DNA from: a virus
Lineage: Duplodnaviria > Caudoviricetes
Strand: one strand, 5' to 3'
IMG/VR virus record: IMGVR_UViG_3300037584_004179
Location: 1 to 33,942 of that record
Length of the DNA stretch: 33,942 nt
Positions 1-7,902 of this stretch are shown here, one piece after another. The notes below the pieces were generated by a model. That model searched no databases. It had not been told where the DNA came from and saw nothing but the letters and a program-made list of their open reading frames with translations. Position 1 is the stretch's first letter. Each line of letters starts with the position of its first letter. A program made the position numbers and the translations under genes.

Positions 1-2000
1 TATTGTTTAGCAATATTTCTCATTGCTTTTACAAGTTCGCCGTCGGGTAGAGGAGGTACTTTTTTACCTTCTAAGATTGCTTCTTTTTGCGCAGCACTTC
101 TACCTGATTGCATTCCGTAAAAATTTTCCATACCTTTTTTACCAGCATTTGGGTGTTTAAAATTATGTTGAACATCTACAGTGTTTACCGATACAAAATC
201 TAAATCATCTCTTATCGCTTTTTTAATTAGAACCTTTACAGCGTGCTCAGCATAATCAGAGCTATCCTGCAAAGGTTGAAAATCAGTTCTAGCTTGATTA
301 TCTAACTGAGCATCCGCACCTCTCCTTCTTGCTGATCTATACAAAGTAGTAACAGAACTATTTATCTCTCGTAGTTCTTGTCTTTCTTTTGGTGTCATGT
401 TTACACCCTTATTAGAAAGTTCCCTGGCCCGTGGTAGGATTTCCTTGATTCTTTCTTCTACAAGTTTTTCTTGAAAGTTAATATTAAAAGGATTTGACGG
501 CTTTTTATTTAGTTTTCTGACCTCTTGTGCTATGTCAGCTTGTATCTCATCGATAGTAATCCCTTTCATATCAGGATTGTAAAAATCAGAACGAACACCA
601 TAACGAACAAAGTATAACTGATCGTTTGCTTGCTGCTCTCGACCATAATGTTTTGTATTTGATGGTCTTTTCCCTTTGTAAGTTCCTGCTCTTGGTTTTA
701 AGTTTACGACTATTTCTTGATAGGTCTCAGGCCCTTTCAATCTGTATTCATCATGCTGTCCGTATGAAGTATTACCACTTCTAATAGCACTTCCTTTTAA
801 CTGTTCATATTCCGTTGCTATATCACGCGCCATATCTTTTAAATCTTCTTTTGCTTTGTTAGGCACTGTCTGTTGAAATGTTTCGACAGCAGCTTTTGTT
901 TTTGGAATATTATCTCTAGCAAAATTATTTTTAAACATATCAAAAATACTTGTTTGAAATTCTATGTCTTTTAACTGTCGCATTATATTGGCATTTACAT
1001 TAAGGGCTTTTTCTCCCTCCAAGCCCATCGCATCATTTCTTGTAAATTGAATTTTGCGTTTTGCGAGATTGCGTGCGGCCATATCCACAAGAGGATCATA
1101 CTGCGATGTTAAAACTGCGTCCAAGTTTTTTTTAGTTTTAGCCTTTTGGTCTGTTCCTAAAACATTACCAGCTTCTTTACTGAGCATGTTTCTAATTTTT
1201 TTATACCCAACTTGTACTTCATGGGCTAAACTTTCTTCTGCTTTATCTAAAAAAGCGTCTACCTTTTTTACTGTTTTAATAGGTAAACCATATTCAGTAA
1301 CTTGTAAACGTGCACCTGGTGTATCATACGCCATATCTAGTAACATCTTTTTACCTACCTTAACATTAGAATCTTCTGCTGATTTAAGAATGCCCCCAAT
1401 TAATTTACCGCTATCATCAAACTCAGCAATGTTGGCATCACTTAGTTCTTGTCTTGTCACTCCTGCTTTTATGTTTTCAAAGCCAGGTGTTTTGTATTTC
1501 AGTTCTGCCATTCTTTGTGGATTTTTAAATTCACTCAACCACTGTTGTGCTGTAAGTGGTTTTTTAGATGGGTGTAAGGCTACAAAGTCATAAAGTGTTG
1601 AACCAAAATTATAATCAGGTAAACGTATAGCATCAAGCTGATTTGTGGAGTTGTGTTCTGGATCATCAATCTTACCACCAAAACTTAAAGGTTTTTTCAA
1701 TACAGCTTTACTTATATCTTCTAACTCTTGTTGTTCTTTTATTGCTGCTTCATTGGCTTTATACAAATCAGGATAATCTTTTGACACCTCTTGTGATATG
1801 TTTTCAGCTTTTTGAGCCTCTGCTTTTGATGCAAATCTATCTACACTGGTTTTAAATTTTTTATCGTCATCTCTAAAGAACTCACCAATGCCTTTTACTA
1901 TTTTTCTTCTTGCTTTAGGTAATGCTAGAGCAGCTGCCCCTATTCCACCAAGTACACCAAATATACCTGGACCACCCGATTCTTGATTTTCTTCATCCAT
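1..2000 (-). CDS. Large phage protein, 3' end outside the window (>660 aa), probable internal virion / polyvalent-type protein
   Basis: Missing from the ORF track because it runs off the edge. ATG at 2000 (MDEENQESGGPGIFG) overlaps the terL stop, and the frame is open in the segments I translated down to position 3. Contains HYG..DQLYFVRYG..ITIDEIQADIAQ, resembling the 'EEIQSD' region of large phage polyvalent/virion proteins. Confidence 0.7.
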   Translation of the reverse strand, partial: MDEENQESGGPGIFGVLGGIGAAALALPKARRKIVKGIGEFFRDDDKKFKTSVDRFASKAEAQKAENISQEVSKDYPDLYKANEAAIKEQQELEDISKAVLKKPLSFGGKIDDPEHNSTNQLDAIRLPDYNFGSTLYDFVALHPSKKPLTAQQWLSEFKNPQRMAELKYKTPGFENIKAGVTRQELSDANIAEFDDSGKLIGGILKSAEDSNVKVGKKMLLDMAYDTPGARLQVTEYGLPIKTVKKVDAFLDKAEESLAHEVQVGYKKIRNMLSKEAGNVLGTDQKAKTKKNLDAVLTSQYDPLVDMAARNLAKRKIQFTRNDAMGLEGEKALNVNANIMRQLKDIEFQTSIFDMFKNNFARDNIPKTKAAVETFQQTVPNKAKEDLKDMARDIATEYEQLKGSAIRSGNTSYGQHDEYRLKGPETYQEIVVNLKPRAGTYKGKRPSNTKHYGREQQANDQLYFVRYGVRSDFYNPDMKGITIDEIQADIAQEVRKLNKKPSNPFNINFQEKLVEERIKEILPRARELSNKGVNMTPKERQELREINSSVTTLYRSARRRGADAQLDNQARTDFQPLQDSSDYAEHAVKVLIKKAIRDDLDFVSVNTVDVQHNFKHPNAGKKGMENFYGMQSGRSAAQKEAILEGKKVPPLPDGELVKAMRNIAKQ

Positions 2001-3468
2001 AATATCTATATTCCTTAGGAGGTCTATCCTCGTTATCTACATAATCTGAGTATAACTCAACAAAGTTGCCTTGGCGATACCTTAGTAAGGCTTGCGTTGT
2101 TGAGTCAACATAATCGTCATTTGCACCATTCGGAAATGCAGCACACTCTTCAATAACTTCTTCTGCAAAATGTTCACCATACGGATACCATACAGCACCA
2201 CTTTCAAATATAGGAGATGTTGCATTAACACGGGTATGCTTGTCATTACCCTTACTTGGCACAAAAGGTATGACTGGTATACCCATTCTTCTAAATTCCT
2301 GAGTCAAAGGTTCACCACTAGCTTTCTGCTCAATAATAATAGATTCGGGTTCCCAATACTTATGTGCATCTAGAGCGACTGCTTTTAATTCTGGAAAATC
2401 ATATTTACCCCGTATAGCATCAAGAAGAATTATATTGGGTCCCCCACCTTCATCTGGAGTAAATACACCCCAAGTAGTAATGGCTGAATAGTCAGCTGTC
2501 TCTTTCTTACTGAACGCTGTATCATAACTTTGTATGACATGCATCAAATTAGGTATGGGTCCTTTCCAAGGTCGCCACCATTCTCTTTTTAAAATTGCAC
2601 CTTCTTCACTGGTAGGGTTCTGCATATACTGAGCAGACCAGTTTCGTATTGGTAATGATGCTTTGATTTTTTCTAATTCTTCTAAATTCCAGTACTCAGG
2701 CCAGACTGGGTTCCCTGAGCCGAGGATCGCTGGGAATGAAATTTGACGCCACGTATCTGCTTTCGGTTCAGTTTGAGCCTTCAATAAACGACCTGTTAAA
2801 TCATCTTCTGCCCATCTTGTCATCACAAGCAGAATTGAGCCTCCGGGTTGTAAACGCTGTCGTGGACCTGAAGCATACCATTCAAAAGCTCTGTCCATAG
2901 CCATATCAGATAAAGAGTCTTGTTCCGTGTGTGGATCATCAATAATCAGTAAGTCCGCACCACGACCCGTGATTGACGCTCCGACGCCAGCTGCGTAATA
3001 TTCACCACCTTGGTTAGTTTCCCATCTACCTTTGGCTTTTGAATCTTCTCGTAACCTGACGTCACCAAATATTTGTTTGTATTCAGGTGAGCCTACGATG
3101 TTTCGAACCTTAGAACCAAATCGTACTGCAAGTTCTGTGTTATGTGATACTTGCATAATTTTCATTTTAGGAAACTTCCCTATCATCCATGCTGGAAAAT
3201 AAATTGAAGCAAATTCTGATTTGGTATGTCTAGGAGGCATATTTATTATGAGCCTCCCTTTTTTATCTGCAGCCACTTTAGTAAATTCATTTGCAATTAT
3301 TTGGTGATGACCCCAGTTATCCCTTAGTTTGGTTTTACGATATATAAAATCGGGCCACATCTCTTTTACAAAATATAAAAAATTGTCTTGGCACAGTTTT
3401 ATGTTTTTTATCAAGAGCCTCTCTACTTCGAGCCTCAATTTGTCTGTGGTCAAATTATTAATTGACAT
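1993..3468 (-). CDS. terL: Terminase large subunit
   Basis: INMPPRHTKS Walker A, LLIIDDP Walker B, VMTRW motif, C-terminal RNase H-like nuclease (SYDTA..DYSA..DDYVD). The ATG at 3468 is preferred over the ORF-track start at 3477. Confidence 0.95.
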   Translation of the reverse strand: MSINNLTTDKLRLEVERLLIKNIKLCQDNFLYFVKEMWPDFIYRKTKLRDNWGHHQIIANEFTKVAADKKGRLIINMPPRHTKSEFASIYFPAWMIGKFPKMKIMQVSHNTELAVRFGSKVRNIVGSPEYKQIFGDVRLREDSKAKGRWETNQGGEYYAAGVGASITGRGADLLIIDDPHTEQDSLSDMAMDRAFEWYASGPRQRLQPGGSILLVMTRWAEDDLTGRLLKAQTEPKADTWRQISFPAILGSGNPVWPEYWNLEELEKIKASLPIRNWSAQYMQNPTSEEGAILKREWWRPWKGPIPNLMHVIQSYDTAFSKKETADYSAITTWGVFTPDEGGGPNIILLDAIRGKYDFPELKAVALDAHKYWEPESIIIEQKASGEPLTQEFRRMGIPVIPFVPSKGNDKHTRVNATSPIFESGAVWYPYGEHFAEEVIEECAAFPNGANDDYVDSTTQALLRYRQGNFVELYSDYVDNEDRPPKEYRYYG

Positions 3469-3475
3469 ACAAAAC

Positions 3476-3504
3476 ACTATAATCTAGGTCATAAGAAAAT
3501 GCAA
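3476..3504 (-). promoter_or_regulatory. Sigma70-type promoter for terL (probably leaderless transcript)
   Basis: TTGCAT-17 bp-TATAGT, with ATG 7 nt after the -10 box and no Shine-Dalgarno sequence. Confidence 0.6.
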
Positions 3505-3549
3505 ACATATGTATGTATTGATCTTGCCGTAGGCTGTCGTTGTCGCAAG

Positions 3550-3597
3550 AACCTATATCTTGTGCGTGGGAATACAAAAACATACTAGATATTGTGT
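3550..3597. promoter_or_regulatory. Tandem NrdR-box-like sites
   Basis: AACCTATATCTTGTGC (3550-3565) and ATACTAGATATTGTGT (3582-3597), 32 bp apart. They match the NrdR consensus ACACWAKATMTWGTGT at 13/16 and 15/16. Confidence 0.6.
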
Positions 3598-3806
3598 TTG
3601 GAACAGGTTGAGAGTCTCTTTTTAAGCGTTGCGCCCGCGGGGAAAATAAAACTTGATACAGGTAAACCTGTTTGCGTAACCTAATTTTTATATGGGAATT
3701 GTATTGTTTTATTTAATAACGACCGATTTTAAGAGCCGTAGATAAGCATAAAATAATTTAATGAAGTCTAATACTTTATTAATTAGGTTGTTATGTGAGG
3801 AATTGT

Positions 3807-3843
3807 AAAAGAAAAAAGGCTTACAAATTAATGTAAGCCTTTT
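3807..3843 (-). terminator. Rho-independent terminator of the early-gene block
   Basis: Minus strand GGCTTACA-TTAATT-TGTAAGCC followed by TTTTTTCTTTT, a few nt after the stop codon at 3850. Confidence 0.85.
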
Positions 3844-3849
3844 ATTGTG

Positions 3850-4104
3850 TTATCTAAGTATTGATATTCTAACTTGATGTAATGCACTTTGAACGTCATT
3901 CATTAAGGCTTGTGATTGTTCATTGTTATAATTAGAACAATGTTCAACGATTATATCTTCTAATACTTTTGCGACTAGAGCATTGTTTAACCTTAATTGA
4001 GAATGAGGTTCTCTAACATTACGTTCATTAGGTTGTTCAATCTCACTACTATCATTGATAGTAGTGAGGTTAGTATTAATAATAGTATCTAATAAGTTTG
4101 GCAT
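3850..4104 (-). CDS. Hypothetical protein (84 aa)
   Basis: ORF coupled to the upstream gene (TAATG overlap) and followed by a terminator. Confidence 0.75.
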   Translation of the reverse strand: MPNLLDTIINTNLTTINDSSEIEQPNERNVREPHSQLRLNNALVAKVLEDIIVEHCSNYNNEQSQALMNDVQSALHQVRISILR

Positions 4105-4508
4105 TATTTACCAACTTTCTTAATGTCATACTTTATTTCAACTGATTTAACTGCTTTTAAACAGTCTGCATAAACATTAGGATACTTCTCTTTTAATTTC
4201 TTAGTGTCTATTCTACCAGAAATTAAAATAGGTTGTTTGTTTGCATCAAGTAATTTAGTACCATTACCATTTACTGCATAACTACTTTCTCTAGTAATCT
4301 TAGAAATTGTAGTGCCTTTATATTTAGCAACCTTTGTGATATTAATCATAGAGGTATTTAAATCATCAAATACTTCTAGAATTAAAGGTTTCATATTAGT
4401 TAGTATTTTTTGCTTATCTAAAACTTCTTGTTTTAGTTCGCCATACTTAACAATAAATTCTTCCTTGAACTTAGTTAAGTAAGTATTTTTTAGTTTTAAT
4501 TGTGTCAT
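4104..4508 (-). CDS. Hypothetical basic protein (134 aa)
   Basis: ORF with AAAGGT SD-like sequence and an upstream -10 box; Lys-rich. Confidence 0.8.
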   Translation of the reverse strand: MTQLKLKNTYLTKFKEEFIVKYGELKQEVLDKQKILTNMKPLILEVFDDLNTSMINITKVAKYKGTTISKITRESSYAVNGNGTKLLDANKQPILISGRIDTKKLKEKYPNVYADCLKAVKSVEIKYDIKKVGK

Positions 4509-4529
4509 AATTACTACCTTTCATTGTTT

Positions 4530-4551
4530 AATTGTTAACACATATATAGTA
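4530..4551 (-). promoter_or_regulatory. Early promoter 1 (-10 box plus TGTTAACAATT motif)
   Basis: TACTAT (4546-4551), 5 nt, TGTTAACAATT (4540-4530). The -35 box is poor; long A-tracts lie upstream. Confidence 0.6.
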
Positions 4552-4637
4552 GACCACATTTTTATAATAACACCAAACACTTTTTTTATTTTTTTTGACT
4601 TTATTTTTTTGTGTTTTTTTTTACTGGTAGAATGATC

Positions 4638-4710
4638 TGGCGCGCGCACCGCTGCTGGTTAATGAAAACCAACAAACGGCAAACGGGACGGCAAACGGGA
4701 TACGGGAAAT
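4638..4710 (+). repeat. GC-rich bipartite element A (CGCTGC plus ACGG repeats)
   Basis: CGCTGC at 4650, then AAACGGC AAACGGG ACGGC AAACGGGA TACGGGAAA. Confidence 0.8.
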
Positions 4711-4714
4711 ATAT

Positions 4715-4786
4715 TTATCTGATTAGTAAAAAGAAAATGAGAACTGCTAGAAATACTCCTAGCAGTTCAAGGAAGGAACTTAACAT
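4715..4786 (-). CDS. Putative 23-aa membrane peptide MLSSFLELLGVFLAVLIFFLLIR
   Basis: Hand-translated. ATG overlaps the end of the 191-aa gene, with GGTGG upstream; one hydrophobic helix. Confidence 0.5.
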   Translation of the reverse strand: MLSSFLELLGVFLAVLIFFLLIR

Positions 4787-5355
4787 ATTGAAAAACCACC
4801 ACTACAACGAGCGAACAGTATAAACTCTTTGACGTTGTCAATCTCAAATGGATAAGAACTAGCCCAATTTTTTTGTTTTTGAAGTTCTTGCCAATTTGTA
4901 AATTCTTCTTTTGGCAAATCTTTTGGAGCAACTCCGTCGTGAGCATCAACTATTTCTTTCATTTTACTTTTTAAAATATCGTTATGCTTTTTAGCTTTCT
5001 CCATTTGTGCATCGTGTTCTTCTTTTAACTTGAGCAACTCGCCTTTATCCAAGACTTCCTGCAATCTGTTTGCAATTTTAACTGCAATCTTGTCCGAATA
5101 TTCTTTGCCGTCATTATAATGTAAACTTTTTCTTTGCTCGTCAGTTAAAAAATCTTTACATTTATCTTCTATTAAATATGCCAATGGTCTCCACCACCAC
5201 ACATTATTACGAAAGTAATGTCCAGGATTTTCTTCTTCAAAGATATTTGAAGCTCTCACATAATTATCTTTATCTTTATCGGTAGCAGTATTCCAATCAA
5301 TAGATGGTTTAACGCCTTTTAGTTTTGGATTAAGTCCGTATAAATCGAAACCCAT
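4780..5355 (-). CDS. Conserved phage hypothetical protein (191 aa)
   Basis: MGFDLYG..YFRNNVWWWRPL..YPF..NVKEF..SGGF.IC pattern typical of a phage early-protein family; AAGGAG SD. Confidence 0.85.
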   Translation of the reverse strand: MGFDLYGLNPKLKGVKPSIDWNTATDKDKDNYVRASNIFEEENPGHYFRNNVWWWRPLAYLIEDKCKDFLTDEQRKSLHYNDGKEYSDKIAVKIANRLQEVLDKGELLKLKEEHDAQMEKAKKHNDILKSKMKEIVDAHDGVAPKDLPKEEFTNWQELQKQKNWASSYPFEIDNVKEFILFARCSGGFSIC

Positions 5356-5371
5356 TTTTTTCTCCTTTATA

Positions 5372-5415
5372 AATTGTTAACAACTCTATTATATAAAGAA
5401 TAAAATTGCAGTCAA
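5372..5415 (-). promoter_or_regulatory. Early promoter 2 with TGTTAACAATT motif
   Basis: TTGACT-16 bp-TATAAT, 5 nt, TGTTAACAATT, then AAGGAG SD. Confidence 0.8.
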
Positions 5416-5456
5416 GAAAAAAATTTTTTAACAATCCATATTTTTCTCCAGAAAAG

Positions 5457-5533
5457 TTCCCCGCTGCGCCAGGCGACAGATTGGATGAAGAAAAAAAGAA
5501 AGAGCAGCCTCCACAAACGGGAAACGGGAAACG
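5457..5533 (+). repeat. GC-rich bipartite element B
   Basis: TTCCCCGCTGCGCC at 5457, then AAACGGGAAACGGGAAACG at 5515-5533. Confidence 0.8.
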
Positions 5534-5638
5534 TTATAAAAATGAAAACACCACACAGGCAATCACCACGGCTAAGAAAGCACTCAGCCGTGGAAAAAAT
5601 ATTGCCATTATTATTATAGTAAGTATGAAAGCCATCAT
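5534..5638 (-). CDS. Putative 34-aa membrane peptide MMAFILTIIIMAIFFPRLSAFLAVVIACVVFSFL
   Basis: Hand-translated. ATGA overlap with the upstream stop and GGAGGA upstream; almost entirely hydrophobic. Confidence 0.6.
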   Translation of the reverse strand: MMAFILTIIIMAIFFPRLSAFLAVVIACVVFSFL

Positions 5639-5922
5639 GCGATCTGCTGGTCCTCCTCGTAATCTTGAACAAGGGACCTTTCAATCTCTGCCCAATTAAC
5701 GGCATCCAGGAACGTGTACGCATAATCACGACCGAACCGCTGGACAGGCACATGTTCCAATGTTCTAAACTCCTCATCCAGCAACTCAGTGCAATACGCT
5801 TTTAATTCGTCACGATCAAAGTCTGGTGCTAGATGTTCGACACTAGCAAAGTTATCAATCATTTCTAGCTTTACACGCCACGTCTCGTAGTTGGTCCAGC
5901 CATTATAAGTATTGTCAGTCAT
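5635..5922 (-). CDS. Phage early hypothetical protein with YNGWTNYETW motif (95 aa, acidic)
   Basis: N-terminal YNGWTNYETW is a recurrent motif in small phage proteins. Confidence 0.85.
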   Translation of the reverse strand: MTDNTYNGWTNYETWRVKLEMIDNFASVEHLAPDFDRDELKAYCTELLDEEFRTLEHVPVQRFGRDYAYTFLDAVNWAEIERSLVQDYEEDQQIA

Positions 5923-6151
5923 GTTTTACCCTTTCTTCTTCTAAATATTTAAGTTTGTCTACTAAATTCATTAGAGCAAACATAGTTGCGTTTGTATTAG
6001 TTGGTGCACAGTCAAAACCATATTCAATAGAAGATTGATTCAAAGCTTGCCACACATTTATACATTCATATTTTTTTGCGTGAGCTTGATTTATTATTTT
6101 ACTAACTTCACTCATAACCCACTCAATCTGTTTTTCGTTTTTTTTACTCAT
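5915..6151 (-). CDS. Hypothetical protein (78 aa, DCAP motif)
   Basis: ORF overlapping both neighbours in operon fashion. Confidence 0.75.
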   Translation of the reverse strand: MSKKNEKQIEWVMSEVSKIINQAHAKKYECINVWQALNQSSIEYGFDCAPTNTNATMFALMNLVDKLKYLEEERVKHD

Positions 6152-6318
6152 GCCTGCACCATCCTAGCTTTTATTATATCCGCCTGCCATTCTTCATGAC
6201 ACACGTCACATATCTTGCCTTTGAACAATGGCCAGCCCTCTTGTCCCAAGGTCCAGAATTGATTTTTAGCATTTTTTTCTATTGGCTGCTTGCAGCAGCT
6301 GCATATATTTTCGGACAT
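6148..6318 (-). CDS. Small putative Zn-binding protein (56 aa)
   Basis: CSCC and CDVC motifs. The ATG at 6318 follows an AGGAG SD and is preferred over the 6351 start. Confidence 0.75.
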   Translation of the reverse strand: MSENICSCCKQPIEKNAKNQFWTLGQEGWPLFKGKICDVCHEEWQADIIKARMVQA

Positions 6319-6350
6319 AATTGCTTCTCCTATATTAAAGTTAATATCCA

Positions 6351-6395
6351 AATTGTTAACAGCCTGAATATAACTCAGGATCCTGATCCAGTCAA
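6351..6395 (-). promoter_or_regulatory. Early promoter 3 with TGTTAACAATT motif
   Basis: TTGACT-17 bp-TATATT, 5 nt, TGTTAACAATT. The spacer holds the palindrome TCAGGATCCTGA. Confidence 0.8.
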
Positions 6396-6465
6396 CAACT
6401 TTTTTACAGCGTGAAGAAAACTGCAGAAAACTAAAGAGTTCGGGAACTTTACAGGGAGCAGAACC

Positions 6466-6544
6466 TTCCCCGCTGCGCGCTGGTCAGTCAGATGGATTGA
6501 AAAAGTCCCAGAAAACTGCAACTTTGTACGGGAAACGGGAAACC
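6466..6544 (+). repeat. GC-rich bipartite element C
   Basis: TTCCCCGCTGCGCG at 6466, then TGTACGGGAAACGGGAAAC from 6525. Confidence 0.8.
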
Positions 6545-6548
6545 AGCT

Positions 6549-6935
6549 TCACGCTGCAGCGCGCCTGGCCAGCTCGATCAGGATCGATGGTAAAATGGTA
6601 GCGGGTTTAGTGTACGGGAAACGGGAAACGGGAAACGGGAGACCAGAATCACGGATCTCGAGAATTTTGAACTCTCTCTTCAAGGGGGAGTTATGCAAGA
6701 TAAAAGCTTTACCACCAGCTCGTTGTCTTTTGATTATCCAATTAATTTGGTATTTTGATATGCCGTAATTCTTGTCATCATTTGACTTTAACTCAAACCA
6801 AAATTCATTACCTTCGATACAAGCGTTAACATCAGGGATTCCGTTGATTGTACTGGACTCAATTCTAATGAGATGCCAATCCCGATAGGGTTTTTGAATC
6901 GTGTTAATAAGTCTCCATATTTGGGACTCTCTCAT
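6549..6935 (-). CDS. VRR-NUC / Holliday-junction-resolvase-like PD-(D/E)XK nuclease
   Basis: RIE..GIPDV..FWFELK..Q..W..GG pattern. Confidence 0.8.
   Translation of the reverse strand: MRESQIWRLINTIQKPYRDWHLIRIESSTINGIPDVNACIEGNEFWFELKSNDDKNYGISKYQINWIIKRQRAGGKAFILHNSPLKREFKILEIRDSGLPFPVSRFPYTKPATILPSILIELARRAAA
6552..6640 (+). repeat. GC-rich bipartite element D, within the nuclease gene 3' end
   Basis: CGCTGC at 6552, then four tandem ACGGGA(A) units at 6614-6640. Confidence 0.8.
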
Positions 6936-7093
6936 TATTTATCTTTCGGTAATTGTTTAGGCAAATAAACCACTACGAATGAACCACATTCTGGACAAGT
7001 TAAATTAGTTTCCATACAAAAATCATCATTTTCATCATCAATGTCAAAATCATTTGCCCAAATTAATTCTGCTTTACAATGCCAACAATTCAT
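6935..7093 (-). CDS. Small Zn-ribbon protein (52 aa)
   Basis: Hand-translated MNCWHCKAELIW..NLTCPECGSF; start and stop overlap both neighbours. Confidence 0.8.
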   Translation of the reverse strand: MNCWHCKAELIWANDFDIDDENDDFCMETNLTCPECGSFVVVYLPKQLPKDK

Positions 7094-7617
7094 TTTTCTG
7101 GTGTCACATCAATTATGTTATCGGCGTCTTTAATTTTATTTTCTAATTCTTTGAGACGTTCTTCTAATTTATCTCTACTCATGCCCTCTAAAGTGGTATG
7201 CGCAATTTCTTTTTTGTCAACAAATTGTCCTGCTAATTGTCCAGCCCTAAACTCTGCATTTATAGCCCCGGTGTATTGTCCTTTTGTTTCAGCGCCATTT
7301 CTTAATCTTTCAAATATTTTGTATCTTCTAAGTTTATCTTTTTCATATTTTTCTTGTTCTTGCTGTAATCTAATTTCAAGATATCTACAAATATGCGGGT
7401 TTATTTTTGGGTTTGTAAGTTTACTTGCTATTGCTGCAACACTTCCCTTATCAACTTTGTTACCTTTTGTTTCATAGCCAGCTTTCAAATATGCGTCTGT
7501 TTTAGATATTGAACCCCAATTATCCACAAGTATATCAATAAACTTCTTTTGTTTATCGGTTAGATCATCAATGGTTCTTACTTCTCTTTTTCTTTGTGGC
7601 ATATCTATTTTTACCAT
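7090..7617 (-). CDS. terS: Terminase small subunit
   Basis: LTDKQKKF..AYLKAGY..ASKL..PHI..YL N-terminal HTH pattern of the Terminase_2 type. Confidence 0.8.
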   Translation of the reverse strand: MVKIDMPQRKREVRTIDDLTDKQKKFIDILVDNWGSISKTDAYLKAGYETKGNKVDKGSVAAIASKLTNPKINPHICRYLEIRLQQEQEKYEKDKLRRYKIFERLRNGAETKGQYTGAINAEFRAGQLAGQFVDKKEIAHTTLEGMSRDKLEERLKELENKIKDADNIIDVTPEK

Positions 7618-7871
7618 AATGTCATTATATACAAAGTTTTTTTTAAAAAAAGTTTCTATTTTTTGTCCATAAGGATTTCTACTTTTTAGGAATAAAATAC
7701 TAAATTTAGTAATATATATTGATATTTTTCCTACTTTTTGGGAAAAATTCCTAGTTTTTTCCTAGTTTTTTTTCTAATATTTCCTTGTTTTCTGCTATTT
7801 TTCCTAGTTTCCTAGTTTTTTGTCTATGTTTTGAACTTTTTTTAAAAAAAGTTTGTAAGGAATGACATTAT
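7616..7871. repeat. AT-rich region with iteron-like repeats bounded by an inverted repeat (origin or pac candidate)
   Basis: Arms at 7616-7654 and 7834-7871 form an imperfect inverted repeat. TTCCTAGTTT occurs at 7748, 7759, 7801 and 7809, with variants at 7676 and 7728. Confidence 0.65.
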
Positions 7872-7902
7872 AGAAAACTGGGAAAATAAAAAATAATATT
7901 TG

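Noticed and set aside
1054-1855. Plus-strand ORFs 1054-1593 and 1643-1855
   Set aside because: Antisense shadows of the large minus-strand gene at 1-2000.
5566-5593. Hairpin as an intrinsic terminator
   Set aside because: No U-tract follows the stem on either strand.
4611-5777. ORFs 4611-4823, 4767-4949, 5406-5699 and 5412-5777
   Set aside because: They cross promoters and repeats, or overlap better-supported genes, and lack convincing starts.
4638-6640. CRISPR array or integron attC interpretation of the repeated elements
   Set aside because: Repeats are degenerate and separated by whole genes of variable length. There are no uniform spacers, no cas or integrase gene, and no attC-type RYYYAAC...GTTRRRY stem.
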